Below are positions 14,470 through 27,781 of a DNA stretch of 64,000 nt, piece by piece; the stretch's first letter is position 1; each line of letters starts with the position of its first letter. The notes below the pieces were generated by a model. The model was not told where the DNA came from and did not search any database. It worked only from the letters and a program-made list of their open reading frames with translations. Both the position numbers and the translations under genes were made by a program. Source of the DNA: the human T2T-CHM13v2.0 reference genome, Homo sapiens; assembly GCF_009914755.1 (NCBI RefSeq), contig NC_060933.1; one strand, 5' to 3'.

Positions 14470-16100
14470 AATCAACTTTAATGAGAGTTAATTTGTATAG
14501 AATAATTATGCCATTTCAGGAATACAATTTGATGAATCTTGACCAGGGATTGGTAAACTTTTTCTGTAAAGGGCCAGATAGTAAATATTTTAGGCTTTTG
14601 GGCCACATATAGTCTCGGTTGCATATTCTTCTTTTTTATTTTTATGACCCTTTAAAATGTAAAAACTATTCTTAGCTTACTGACCATACAAAAGTGGCCA
14701 CGGGCTGGATTTGGCCATGGGCAGTAGTATACTGACTCCTAGTTTTGACAAATGAGTGCAATCACTATCCCAAACAAGGTAAAAACTATTTTTATCATCC
14801 CAGGACTTTTCTTTTACCTCTTTACAGTGGCTTTTCCTCAACCCTCACCTTGGGCAACTACTGATTTTAATTTCTGCCACTTATAGGTGAGTTTAAGCTA
14901 TTACGGAGCATGTCAATGGTATTATACAGGAAGCACCCTTTTGTGTGTGTCGCATCTTTTGTTCAGCATGTTTTTTGAGATTCATTCATGTTGAGGAGTG
15001 TATCAGTGATTGTTCTTTCTTAATGTTGCATTGTATTCCATTTCATCAATATTCACATTTTGTTACCCATTCATTTGAGGATGGATTTTTGGGTTTTTCC
15101 AGTTTTGGATTATTATAGATAAAACTTCAAGGCATATTTGTATGTAAGCCTTTTTTGGACATATGTTTTCATTTCTCTTGGAGTAGAATTACTGTATTAT
15201 ATGGTTAACTGTAGGTTTAGCTTTAGAAGAAACTCCCAAACCATTTTCCACAGTGGTTTTACTCCAGCTAGCAATGTGTGAGAGTTCAGTTGCTTCGTAT
15301 TCTCAGCAACGTTTGGTATTGTCAGTCTTTTTGTTTTAGCTGTTTTAGTAGATGTGTAGTAGTATCTTGTAGTGTAATTTGCATTTTTCTGATCCATGTG
15401 CACTTGGAAAACAATGTTCTATAGTTATTGGATGTAGTGTTTATAAATATCAATAAGACTAGATTGGCCAAGATGTTGCTTAGGTGTTTTCTATCTTTGC
15501 TGATTTCCTTTTCGATTGGCTTACAGTATCTGAGAGAGGAGAGTTGAAATCTTCAGTTGTAATTGTAGATATGTTTATTTCTCCTTTCACCTCTGTCAGC
15601 ATTTAATTTAGTATTTTGAAGCTCTTTTATGAGGTGCACATGCATTTATGATTGTTATTTTTTCCTGATGAATTGATCCTTTTATCTTTAAAAAATATAC
15701 CTATTTATTTCTAATAATATCTCTTATCTTGATGTTTTATCTGATATGAGCATAGCCATATTGTGGTACATTTCAGTAGTTTGTTCCTTTTTATTGCCGA
15801 TGGTACTATTATATAGCTATCCCATATTTTGTCCATTCACCAGTTGATGGACATTTGAATTGTTTCCAGTTTTTGACTGTATGACTAATGCTGCTGTCTT
15901 ATGCTGAGTCTTATGCTTACTGCATGTAAATAGCTTTTCCTGTTTTTATTGCAGTATATCTGTTCTTAATATTTGGAGTGAGTCTCCAAATATTGCTTTT
16001 TCATCCATTCGGATAATCTTTGCCTCTTATTTGGGTATTTAGACCATTCACTTTGAATATAATTATTGGTAAAATTGGATATGGAGCTACCACTTTTGTC
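14470..16100 (-). mobile_element. Old L1 (L1ME/L1MC-like) 3' end and ORF2 fragments
   Basis: Antisense L1 3' UTR phrases; ORF 15197..15403 resembles the L1 ORF2 C-terminus. Confidence 0.7.
14544..14741. mobile_element. MER58A-like hAT-Charlie MITE nested in L1
   Basis: cagggattggtaaacttttctgtaaagggccagatagtaaatattttaggc start. Confidence 0.82.
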
Positions 16101-16286
16101 AGGTCTGGGATTTAATTTTATAAATCAAACTTATAAGCTAATAAATTAGCCTGTTACTATTTCATGGATCCTGACAGAAGACTAATCTGAGGCATAGAGA
16201 GGTTAAATAATTTTTCTAGGCCTTCACAACTAAGTCAGTGGCAGACATGAGGACTGAACCTTGACCATCTAACGCCAGACCTCAGG

Positions 16287-16569
16287 TTTTGTTTTGTTTT
16301 CTTTTTGAGATAGAGCCTTGCTCTGTTGCCCAGGCTGGAGTGCAGTGGTGCTATCACAGCTCACTGTACCCTCAGTCTCCCACCTCAGCCTTCCAAGTAA
16401 CTAGGACTACAGGCATGCGCCACCATGCCTGGAAAATGTTTTTGTTTTTTGTAGAGACAAAGTCTCCCTGTGTTGCCCAGGTTGATCTCAAACTTTTGGA
16501 CTCAAGTGATCCTCCCACCTCGGCCTCCCAAAGTGCTGGGATTATAGGTGGGAGTCACCATGCCTGGCC
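16287..16569 (-). mobile_element. AluJ inserted in a MIR
   Basis: Reverse Alu; flanking acct(c/t)aggtttt; MIR core at about 16180-16280. Confidence 0.88.
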
Positions 16570-18810
16570 AAACCTTAGGTTTTTAACCAATATACTGTAC
16601 CACCCCAAAAGATGTTTTGCAATTAGATAAATGTAATAAATTCTTCTATCATAGCATCAGTCATATTTTAATTATTTCTTACCTGTCTGTCCCCTTAGAC
16701 TGTAAGCTCTTTGGTGTAGGAAATTTTTATCTTTAATTTCTGTATCTCAGTACTTTTAGCACATAAGAGTTGCCAAATAAATGTTTTTTAGGTGACTTTT
16801 TTTCTGATTGTTATAAATATTGTTATAAATATTAAATAAGAATTCTGAAGTAGAATTATGTAACTATAAATCATATATTTATAAGATTAGAGGAATGTTT
16901 ATGATTTTATATTTATTTATTTAGTTGAATTTATTTGTTCAAATGCCTTTATTTTGTTTGTGTTTGGCAAATATTTAAAATAATTAATATTTTACCTGAG
17001 CAAATATTAAGTTGTTTTTGTGAGGATAGTGCTCTGTGCATTTATCACAGATACTCTGTGGAGGGGATGAACGTGCTATGAACTGAATGTGAGTGAGCTG
17101 TAGTTTTTTTCTTATTGCTGTTATATTTTTTACTTCATTTCAGTTTTTATCAAAGTTAATTATGTATATGATTTAAAGAGCCAAACATGATAAAAGGCTT
17201 TTAGTGAAAAACTGCAGTTCACTGTCCGCCAATTACCTTTACCTCAACTCTTACTGATCTTCATAGTCTTTACTTCCTTATTGCTAAAGAACATGTTTAT
17301 GCTGCAACTTTTCAATTTTTCTTTAGTTTTCAGCATCATCTATTGATTTCTTTTTAAGGAAAATTAGGATTTTTGCCCTTCTCTTGCCCGCTTTAGGATG
17401 ACCTGGCCCATCTACTTTGTGCAGTGGGAGGATTCTTAAACAGACTATTGAACATTTACATGACTCCAATTTCCAGAGGCATCTGGAGCCACCAATTCTT
17501 AACTTTTCAAGAATGTGTAAATAATATGAATTAGATTGCTTCTTGGCTTTTTCCACTATTGGCATAGGACACTAGTCTCTGCTTTTGTCAGCCATCTTGT
17601 CCATGTTCTTTTTAGCTTCTAGAATTTTTGCTATTTTTCTCCTGTCTTTGTTCTTGAGGCTTCTAGCTTTTTTCAGCTTTATATTAAGAAAATGATGAAA
17701 CCTATAGAAAAGTTAAAATAACAGTACATGAGCATCTAGATTCCAACAGTTTTGTGTGTGTGTGTGTATGTATGTATATACATTCAAATGTTGGCAAAAT
17801 GTAAGTTAATGTATGTAAATGTGTGTGTCTATGTCTATGTCTTTGTGTACGGTGGTGGTAATGAGTCATTTCAGCAAGTTGCATAAAACATGACATCCTT
17901 ATCCCTAAGTATTTTAGCATGGATTTCCTAAAACTAGTGATACTTCTTGTCATACCACATTATCATTGTCACACACAAGAATATTAATAGCAATTAAAAT
18001 TTCCTCAGTTATTCTCAAAACATCTTTAATATCTTATGTTTATAAAGCAGGATTCAATAAAGGTTCAGGTGATGAATTTGGTTGTCTGTTTATTCTTCTA
18101 ATCTACATCATTTTTCCAACTTGTATTTTTTAATTATATGACTTTTTGAGAGGACCAGGCCAGTCAGTTGTTTTAGGATATCTCACATATTAGATTTGTC
18201 TGATTACTTTCTCAAGATATATTCATCTGTCATCTGTATTTTAGTAAAGTGGTTTTGGCCCAAAGGCTTAAATAGATTCAGATTAAACATTTTTGGCAAG
18301 AATGCTTCATAAATGATGCTGTGGACTTCATATTGCATCACTTCAGGAAGTACCTAATGTCAGGTTGTTTCACTGTCAGTGATGCCAAGTTTGTCCCACA
18401 GGTTAAGAAGGTTACCATCATCAGATCTCTCCATTGTAAAGATATGTTTCTCCCTTTGTAATGATCAAATAATCTGTGGAGTGATACTTTGCCACCATTT
18501 AAATATCCTGGTATCCCTCAATCCTTTTACTTAGTAGTATTAGCACATACAAATTGTTCTTGTCTGAATCAGTTACTTTATTATGTTTGGCAAAATAATA
18601 TTTTTCTAATTTTATTATTTCTTTTCTACACATTAATTACCGGTATTCTCCTGTAAAGGAAAGCTTTCTCCATTAATTAGGAATTAACCACAATTTTGAC
18701 TTTAAAAAAGCAAGGTGAATGCTCGATTCTTTTTCTTTAATGACTAATTTTTGGAGTAAGAAGTTAGCATAATGGTCATCTACAATGGTGGCAAAGTTTC
18801 TTACACCCTT

Positions 18811-18862
18811 CGCTTGCTTGCCCGCTTGCTTGCTTTCTCTCTTTCTCTCTTTCTTTCTTTCT
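18811..18862. repeat. (CTTG)n/(CT)n/(CTTT)n simple repeat
   Basis: Directly visible. Confidence 0.8.
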
Positions 18863-18879
18863 GAATATTGCTATGGACT

Positions 18880-20340
18880 TGAGGATTATTGAAGTATATT
18901 TGACATAAAACGTACCCTTGTAAGTTAGAATGATTTTTAGTGAATTTTAAAAGTTGTGCTATCACCACAATCTAGTTGTAGAACATTTCCATCACCTCAG
19001 AAAGTTATTTGTCTATAGTCAGTCCCTGCTTCCATCTCCAGTCCCTGGCAACTACTGATCTGCTTTCTCTTTTTATAGATTTGCCTTAACTGGGTATTTC
19101 ATATAAATGGAGCCATTCAATATAAAGTCTTTGGTGTCTGGCTTCTTTCACTTAACATAATGTTTTTGAAGTTCATCCATATTGTAGCACATTTCAGTAG
19201 TTTGTTCCTTTTTATTGCTGAATGGTACTATTATACAGCTATCCTGTTATTTTGTCCATTCACCAGCTGATGGACATTTAATTGTTCCCAGTTTATGGCT
19301 ATACAAATTTGCTGCTGTGAACATTCACATACAAGTCTTTGCACCTAAGTTTTCATTTTTCTTGGATAGATACCTAGGAATGGAATTGTGAGGTCTTATG
19401 CTAAGTATATGTTTAACTTTTTAAGAAACCGCCATCTGTTTTAGAACAATCGCTGTGCTTTTCCAAAAGCAGTGTTTGAGGATTCTGGTTTCTCCACATC
19501 CTTACCAACACTTGATATTGTTAATCATTTTTATCATAGCCATTCTAGTGGGTGTGTTGTGGTATTTCATGTTTTAATTTGCAGTTCTCTAATAACTAAT
19601 GATGCTGAGAATTTTTTAATGTGCTTATTTGACATCTATATCTTCAGATAGACATTTGGTGTCTATTAGAATCTTTTGCTCATGTTTTAATTGGGTTGTT
19701 TTAAATTTTGTTGAGTTATAATAATTTTTTTTTTTGAGACGGAGTCTTGCTGTGTCACCAGGCTAGAGTGCAGTGGCGCAATCTGGGCTCACTACAACCT
19801 CTGACTCCCTGGTTCAAGTGATTCTCCTGCCTCAGCCTCCTGAGTAGCCGGGACTACAGGCACACGCCACCGCGCCCAGCTAATTTTTGTATTTTTAGTA
19901 GAGACAAGATTTCACCATGTTGGCCAGGATGGTCTTGATTTTCTGACCTCGTGATCCACCCGCCTCAGCCTCCCAAAGTGCTGGGATTACAAGCATGAGC
20001 CACTGTGCCTGGCTGAGTTGTAATAATTCTTTATATATTCTGTATACAAGTCCTGTATCAGATTATGATTTGCAATATAGTCTGTAGCATGTCTTTTTAT
20101 TTTCTTAATGGTGTCATTGGAAGAGCAAAAGTTTTTAACTTTGATGAAGTCCAACTTATCACACTATTTTTAATTGACTATAAGTTTTGTGTCATATCTA
20201 AGAAATACGTGCCTAATCCAGAGTCGCAAATTTTTTTTCCCATTTTTTAAAAGTTTGAGTTCATATTTAGGTCTGTGATCTGTTTTTAGTTAATTTTCAT
20301 GTGTGGTGTGAAGTAAGTGTTTAAATTCATTTTTTTCATA
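18880..20340 (-). mobile_element. L1MB-like 3' portion, interrupted by Alu
   Basis: Antisense L1 3' UTR and ORF2 end (gatgaagtccaacttatc). Confidence 0.78.
19725..20014 (-). mobile_element. AluS (Sc-like)
   Basis: Full dimer; flanking gagtt(a/g)taataatt. Confidence 0.92.
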
Positions 20341-21030
20341 GAACTCCTGGATTTTTGTTTATTCAATATTTTCAATTGTAGTCAATATTTGTAACAATGC
20401 TCAAATATTCCAATTAGGCTGGCGTCTCTATTCTTTGGACATATTCGCATTTGTCTTTAGATACATCTGTGCTTTTCGGCTGTTCAGTGTTTCCCCCAAC
20501 ATATGCCTGAAATCAGCTGTTTCTCCATTCTTCCGTGAGGCTCTCATTCCTTTCAGTAAAGAGACCACTATGGGTGCTCATTGCTACTGGGGTAACAATC
20601 AACTCTAAACTTTCTTAGTGGACAGGGCTATGGAATACAGCTTTTAAAAATCATGAGTTTATATTGATATTTTTCATTCAGAAAAATATTGCAATAAAAC
20701 ATTGCAAGTTTTATTTCTTTTATATTTGTTTTTCTGGTTTGTTACTTTAAAAAATTCCTTTATTGTCATTTCAGTGATGTTTAAATGAAATTTTTCTTTT
20801 TACCATCATTAAAGAATGTCTATACCCTTTCTTTTCTACGCATTTTATTTTTGTCGACTGTCCAAGGGTGTGACCATTTAACTAAGTGGGTAAGAATCCA
20901 ATGGAGTCATCAAAGAGTAAAAAGGAAAAAATAATTCCAAAACTTTGATAGAGAAAGCTACTGTCTAAAATTGTAAGGACTAAGAAAGGAAGTTTTCTCA
21001 ACCTCACCCTTCTTTTTTCTTACTTTATAG

Positions 21031-21192
21031 TTTGGAATGGTCAGCTGTCATTGTGGATGAAGCTCATAGAATCAAGAATCCAAAAGCTAGAGTAACAGAA
21101 GTTATGAAAGCTTTGAAATGTAATGTCCGCATTGGCCTCACTGGAACCATCCTTCAGAACAACATGAAGGAACTGTGGTGTGTTATGGACTG
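21031..21192 (+). CDS. ERCC6L2: ERCC6L2 exon 5 (162 nt): [16 protein letters not shown]...[14 protein letters not shown], Walker B and motif III
   Basis: tactttatag|T acceptor, TG|gtgaga donor; phase 2-2 fits both neighbours; not in ORF track. Confidence 0.97.
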
Positions 21193-21589
21193 GTGAGAGA
21201 AAACACTTTTTAAAAAATTGTTTAATAGTTCTTCAGCTGAATACTGTCTTGTTTGCTAATCATTAGTTTCCAAACAAACGAAACAGTCATTTGTCTGGTT
21301 TTAGATGTGTTTGATCCCAGATGTGGTATACACAGTAGAGAGTCCCATGAAAACCTATCTTTATATATATTACTCTTGGTCCCTGAAGTAAATATACATG
21401 TTCACTGCCAGTTTCATCCTCATATCATAGTTAGAACCTGAAACTGTCGTAAAGAAAGAACATTCTGTTTTCTTGGCTTTTGTTTTTGTTACCGTTGATA
21501 ATCAAGTAATGTAGTATATCTCTTAGAAGCAAGAAGTTAGTGTTTTTAGATAATAAAGCCCTTACATTTTTCTTATTGTCTTTATAAAG

Positions 21590-21797
21590 GGCTGTGCCAG
21601 GCCTTTTAGGGAGTGGGACCTACTTCAAGAAGCAGTTTTCTGACCCAGTAGAACATGGTCAGAGACACACGGCAACAAAGAGAGAACTAGCCACTGGCCG
21701 AAAGGCCATGCAAAGACTTGCCAAAAAGATGTCTGGCTGGTTTCTCAGGCGCACCAAGACTCTTATCAAGGATCAGTTGCCTAAGAAGGAAGACCGG
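21590..21797 (+). CDS. ERCC6L2: ERCC6L2 exon 6 (208 nt): AVPGLLG...[19 protein letters not shown]
   Basis: tttataaag|G acceptor, CGG|gtaaga donor; SNF2 LRRxK..LPxK motif; ORF 21594..21857. Confidence 0.96.
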
Positions 21798-21998
21798 GTA
21801 AGAACCGCATTTGTATATATTATTAATTTGTGGTCATATTTTTTTTTTCCTTTTTAAGAAAAAGTCTGTCTCCTGTGGCATTTTGTAAATACAGTTTTTT
21901 GCCTTTTATTCTGTATGGAAAAAATTGTTGCGCGCAGAATTTCAGAAACCATTGATTGAGCTCAGTTGTTTTCCTTACTGACTTTATTAACCTGTTAG

Positions 21999-22347
<349 letters not shown>

Positions 22348-23039
22348 TCATCAAAACTTTTGATGCAGTTTTTCCCCAGTAAAGAAGGAAGAGCTTCTCT
22401 CTGCAGTGTGTTTTCTGTTCACACGTTGTCCTTCCTATACTGTGTACTATCCACCACACAGTGTATTCTTTGGTACCTTAATTCTAGCTGTAGGATCAAA
22501 GTGGTTAAGAGCTTTTTAAAAAATATATAGGTTTGTTTCTTGTAGAATGCTATTTGCAGTTACACAACTAACCTAACTTTTAGAATTTGTAGGAAAACTA
22601 CATTGTTAAATTGTTCAAGAAAATATGAGGAGTGGACTTCAAGAGGATTTTAAAAAAATATAGTAGTCTTCTTTTATAGTTCTTCATCTTGTGTTTCTTC
22701 TAGCTTGGGCAATGGAATAAATGTTCTGTAGATTACTATGGAACTAAACCTAATTAATGTTGTCCCAAATAAGGGCAATCCTATGAAATGCCCTCTAATT
22801 TTAGTGTATCCTCTTGATTGTTTCTTTAAAAAGATAGATTTGAAAGGAAAATACGATATTGATATGCAAGTTGGGGAAATAGATACATCTGACTTTTGAT
22901 ATTTATCTAAAGCAAATATTGTTACTAAATTGAGATACTTCATGAACTCTCACTTTTAAAAATGTTTTATGCAACTTCATATATGTGATTTAGCTATCTG
23001 TCTAGTAGGAACAGTACAAAAGTATAAGAAAAGAATTGT

Positions 23040-23275
23040 TCATAGAGGTTTAGAGCTTGGCCTCTGAAATCAAATACTATTTGATTAGAGTATTTGTGAC
23101 TTGCAGCACCTCTGCTTAGAGTTTTGTGACTTGGAGCAATTTGTGAGGCCCTGGAACCTGGGTTTCTTCCTCTGTTAAATGGTAGTGATGATAATAGTGC
23201 CTGCCTCACATGGTTACTCTGAAATGCATGACACATAAGAAATATTGAGTAATTGGTACTATGTTTAATAATAAT
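23040..23275 (+). mobile_element. MIR
   Basis: tgtgacttggagcaa...gggtttcttcctctgttaaatgg...gcctgcctcacatggtt. Confidence 0.72.
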
Positions 23276-23418
23276 AAATAACTGAAGATACCTTTGTACT
23301 TCAATCATTGACCACCAACTTCTATATTCTCTTTTTTTCTTATATGTACTTTTATATTTAAGGTTGGGGTCAGGCTGTACTAAATATTTTATATAAACAT
23401 TTTTTAAAAATCTAGCAT

Positions 23419-24582
23419 CAGGAGGGGGCAGGCTGGATGTGTGCTGCCATGCATCCTTCTTCAGTCTGGTTTGGGTCTTTAAAAAATAAAAGATAAAAAT
23501 AGCTTCCAAAAGAGTTGTGGTCATCCTGGCTAAAGGAGCAGAGGAAATGGAGGCAGTCAGCCCTGTAGACATGATGAGACAAGCTGAGATTAAGGTCACC
23601 ATTGCAGGTCTGGCTGGAAAAGACCCACTACAGTGTAGCTGTGATGTTGTTATTTGTCCTGATGTCAGTCTTGAAGATGCAAAAAAGAGGGACCAAATGA
23701 CACGATGTTTCTAACAGGAGGTAATCTGGGTGCACAGATTTTATTTGAGTCCGCTGCCTTGAGAGAGATACTGAAGGAACAAGAAAACGAGAAGGGCCTC
23801 ATAGCTACCATTTATTCAGGTCCTGCAGGTCTGTTGGCTCATGAAATAGGTTTTGGAAGTAAAGTTACAACATACCTACTTGCTAAAGACAAAATGATGA
23901 ATGGAAGTCATTACAGCTACTCTGAGAATTGTGTGGAAAAGGACGGCCTGATTTTTACAAGTCGGGGGGCCTAGGACTGGCTTCATGTCTACTCTTGGGA
24001 TTGTTGAGGCCTAAGAGCCAAAGAGGTGGTGGCTGAAGTGAAGGCTCGACTTGTTCTTAAAGACTAGAGCAGAAAAATGTGACCATCAGTTAGAGAAATA
24101 AGCCATTTGGAATCCATTCTCATTGTGTTTTTTAAAAACAGAAAAATGGTAGGTTAATATGCTCAGAAGCCATCATCAGTCCTGCTGTTGTGAAGTAACA
24201 ACTACACAGAGATTTCTCAACCTACAAATTGTGTCTGTTTTTTTTTTTAAGACGGAGTCTCACTCTGTCACCCAGGCTGGAGTGCAGTGGCGTGATCTTG
24301 GCTCACTGCAAGCTCCGCCTCCCTGGGTTCAAGCGATTATTCTGCCTCAGTCTCCCAAGTAGCTGGGACTACAGGCGCACGCCACCATGCCCGGTTAATT
24401 TTTGTATTTGTAGTAGAGACAGGGTTTCACCATCTTGGCCAGGCTGGTCTTGAACTCCTGACCTCGTGATCTGCCTGCCTCCCAAAGTGCTTGGATTACA
24501 GGCGTGAGCCACCACGCCCGGCCTGTGTCTACATTTCTGAGCCTGTTTACAGAATAAACATGGCATTTAGGGAAAAAAAAAA
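23419..24582 (+). pseudogene. Processed pseudogene of PARK7 (DJ-1), with an Alu inserted in its 3' UTR
   Basis: ORFs 23517 and 23705 encode DJ-1-like peptides ([23 protein letters not shown]); no introns; start codon now ATA (23499), frameshifts near 23681 and 23965, parental-type stop TAG 24065-24067, AATAAA 24553, A-tail, imperfect TSD aaaaat(c)tagcat. Confidence 0.95.
24238..24523 (-). mobile_element. AluS inside the PARK7 pseudogene 3' UTR
   Basis: Full dimer; TSD tgtgtct at 24230 and 24524. Confidence 0.93.
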
Positions 24583-24726
24583 TTAGCATTGTTTTATAGA
24601 GACATTACTGTATTTGCTTGTATGCACCTTTGCCTGTTTATTGCCAATAATCTGATGTAGTGATATAAGCATACAAATATTTACAAATATTTATATGTTT
24701 CTATTTTACAAATAAAAAAATGTCAC

Positions 24727-25955
24727 TGCTTTGTCCCTGAAGTCAGGAAGTGCCTTGCCAGTAAAGGACTACCTTTTAAAGTTATTTTGATGTTGGATAA
24801 TCCTTGTGGCCACCCAGAACCCCATGAGTTCAACATCAAAGGCGTCAAAGTGGTCCACTTGCCCCCAAACACAACATGTCTAATTCAGCTTCTAGATCAG
24901 AGGGTCATAAGGACCTTTAAGGCTCATTACACCTGGTTCTCTATGGAAAGGATTGTCAATGCTGTGGAGAAGAACCCTGATAGAATATCATGAATGTCTG
25001 GAAGGATTACACCATTTGAAGATACCGTCGTTGTTATAGAAAAAGCCATGAAAGCCATCATTCCTGGAATAGTAAATTCCTGCTGGAGAAAACTGTGTCC
25101 AGATGTGCATGACTTCACAGGATTTACAACAGAGCCAATCAAATAAATCATGAGAGGCAAAAAAGGTGAAGGGTTTCAAGAGACGGATCTTGGAGAAATT
25201 CAAGAGCTAATTTAAAGAAATTCAGGACACCACACCAGAGGAATTAATCGAAGATGACTTGATGCAGATAAGTGCTTTCAAACCAGTGCCAGACGATGAG
25301 GAACAAGACGCAGAAAAAGCAGTGCCAGAAAACAAATTGACATTAAATAATGTGGCAGAGGGATTCTGATTATTTGAGACTGCTTTTGACTTCTTTTATG
25401 ACATGGACCCTTCTATGATATGGGCACTGAAACTAAAGCAAATGGTGGAAGAAGGACTGGCACCATATAGAAACATTTTTTTAGAGAAATGAAAAGCAGA
25501 AATGTCAGACAGAAATTACGACATGTTTCTGTAAAGTTACACCAAGTGTGCCTGCCTCTCCTGCCTCCCTTGACTTCCTTTTCACTTCCTTCACCTCTTC
25601 ATTTCTGCCACCCATGAGAAAACAAGACCAGCCTCTCCTCTTCCTTATTCTCCTCAGCCTACTCAATATGAAGCCCTTTATGATGACCTACTTCCACTTA
25701 ATGAACAGTAAAGATATTTTCACTTTTTTGTGATTTTCTTAATAACATTTTCTTTTTTTCTAGTTTTATCGTAAGAATATAATATATAATAGATACACAA
25801 AGTAGTGTTTCTCAACTATTTATACTGTTGTTAAGGCTTCCAGTCAACAGTAGGCTATTAGTAGTTATGTTTTTGGGAAGTCAGAAGTTATACATGGACT
25901 TTTGACTGTGTGGGGAGTTAGCACCCTAGCGCCATCCATGTTCAAGAGTCAACTG
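24727..25955 (+). mobile_element. Tigger3 (Golem)-type DNA transposon, 3' half with decayed transposase
   Basis: ORF 24787 (LDN...H...LPPNTT.LIQ.LDQ.VIRTFKAHY) is pogo DDE-like; ends in TIR ...gttcaagagtcaactg. Confidence 0.85.
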
Positions 25956-26130
25956 TGTAAGGAACATCATTTGTTTGTTCATATTATGATTTCTTTTAAT
26001 TAAAAAAATTCTATGAGGTTTATTTGAAAGTGAAATTATACTTTATATTATCCAGGGTGGGGTGGAGAGCAAAGAATATAAGACAGTCAGTAGAAATCAT
26101 CATAATGATGTAAATAGAGGGAAAAATTAG

Positions 26131-26437
<307 letters not shown>

Positions 26438-26537
26438 AGTTTTCACTGTTATAATCTATGAAATCAGATGTAGATTATGATTTTTATTATTGTTATAAAC
26501 AAAATACTAATAACTACCTTGTATTTTATCTTGGCAG

Positions 26538-26678
26538 ATGGTGTATTGTTCTTTGACAGATTTCCAGAAAGCTGTCTATCAAACAGTGTTAGAAACAGAG
26601 GACGTGACTTTGATACTTCAATCTTCTGAGCCTTGTACCTGTAGGAGTGGCCAAAAAAGGAGAAATTGTTGTTATAAG
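26538..26678 (+). CDS. ERCC6L2: ERCC6L2 exon 7 (141 nt): [14 protein letters not shown]...RNCCYK, GC 5' splice site
   Basis: cttggcag|ATG acceptor; AAG|gcaagc donor keeps phase 0 with the next exon. Confidence 0.9.
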
Positions 26679-27667
26679 GCAAGCATTTCAATATATCTTT
26701 ATAATCATGCTTTTGATTACATAGTACTCTCTTCTAGTGTAAAAGAAAGTAGCAGATGATAAAATACCTTTTCCTCAGACAGTTCTTTAAAGCTATGTCT
26801 TAAAAAATAGTTTTCAAAAATATTTTACAATATCAAATAGTAATCACATATAAAATACAATATTCAAATATATTTTCAAAAAGTTAATTGCAGAAAGTAA
26901 GCTTAATTTTGATATCCTCCATTTTAGCTTTTCTTGGGAAGTATCCTTTCATTTTGAAATTTCATTTCATTTTCAAGAAGTTTCTCATTATCCACTAATA
27001 GTAAACGAACATACTCTTGTATAGGAGGCTTAAAATACTATTCTGATGTTAAATATAGTGTCAATTTAATAGAAACTGAGTATCAAAGAAAGTGTTTTTT
27101 TTAAAGAAACAAAATTTATTTGTACTTTTTCTAACCTTTTGTTTATATTTCCTGCTCATGTTTCACCTCTGTTTTATTAAATTATGTCACATATCTGTGT
27201 ACGTAGAGAAACCCTAAGTGAATATTTATCTAGTTTGATATTTATTTGGTCTCATTTATTTTGCTGTTTTTAACTACTTCCCTTTTTTGTAATAGCCCAG
27301 TTTCCTAGGAGCCTTGGAGCATAAATGAGAAGGGGTCTGCATAGCACTGCCACTGCACTTAGATTTTGTTACCAGGCACCTCGTAACAGCAACATTTCCA
27401 TCACTGTGTGTCATGAGGATAAATACTTTCTGTAATAAGGATTTTCTCCCTTTATGAAAAATATAGTTGTATTATGATTTACCAAAAGTATGCTTCCACA
27501 TTAGCTATTTGTGGATATTTTGTGCAATAGTTGACCATCATTTTCTTGGAATTTATTGTGCCAAAGTAACCCGATAATAAATGTTATTGTAAGTGATACA
27601 TTTTATGATGTAAGCAGGTGCATAGCTATGCTGGTCCTTTTTATTTTCTATATTTTTCTGGTTACAG

Positions 27668-27781
27668 ACCAATTCTCATGGTGAAACAGTGAAAACCTTG
27701 TATCTCAGTTACCTTACAGTCCTTCAGAAGGTAGCTAACCATGTCGCGCTACTGCAAGCTGCTAGTACTTCCAAACAACAG
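27668..27781 (+). CDS. ERCC6L2: ERCC6L2 exon 8 (114 nt): [38 protein letters not shown]
   Basis: ggttacag|ACC acceptor, CAG|gtttgg donor; LQKVANH resembles the SNF2 LRKxCNH motif. Confidence 0.92.

Noticed and set aside
22994-23602. Longest ORF in the track (202 aa, minus strand)
   Set aside because: Antisense shadow of the PARK7 pseudogene 5' end plus MIR and AT-rich sequence; non-ATG start and no recognisable domain.
23517-23974. DJ-1-like ORFs as a functional nested gene
   Set aside because: Lost start codon, two frameshifts, catalytic Cys replaced; processed pseudogene.
24787-25203. DDE transposase-like ORF
   Set aside because: Short decayed Tigger3 fragment lacking the DNA-binding N-terminus.
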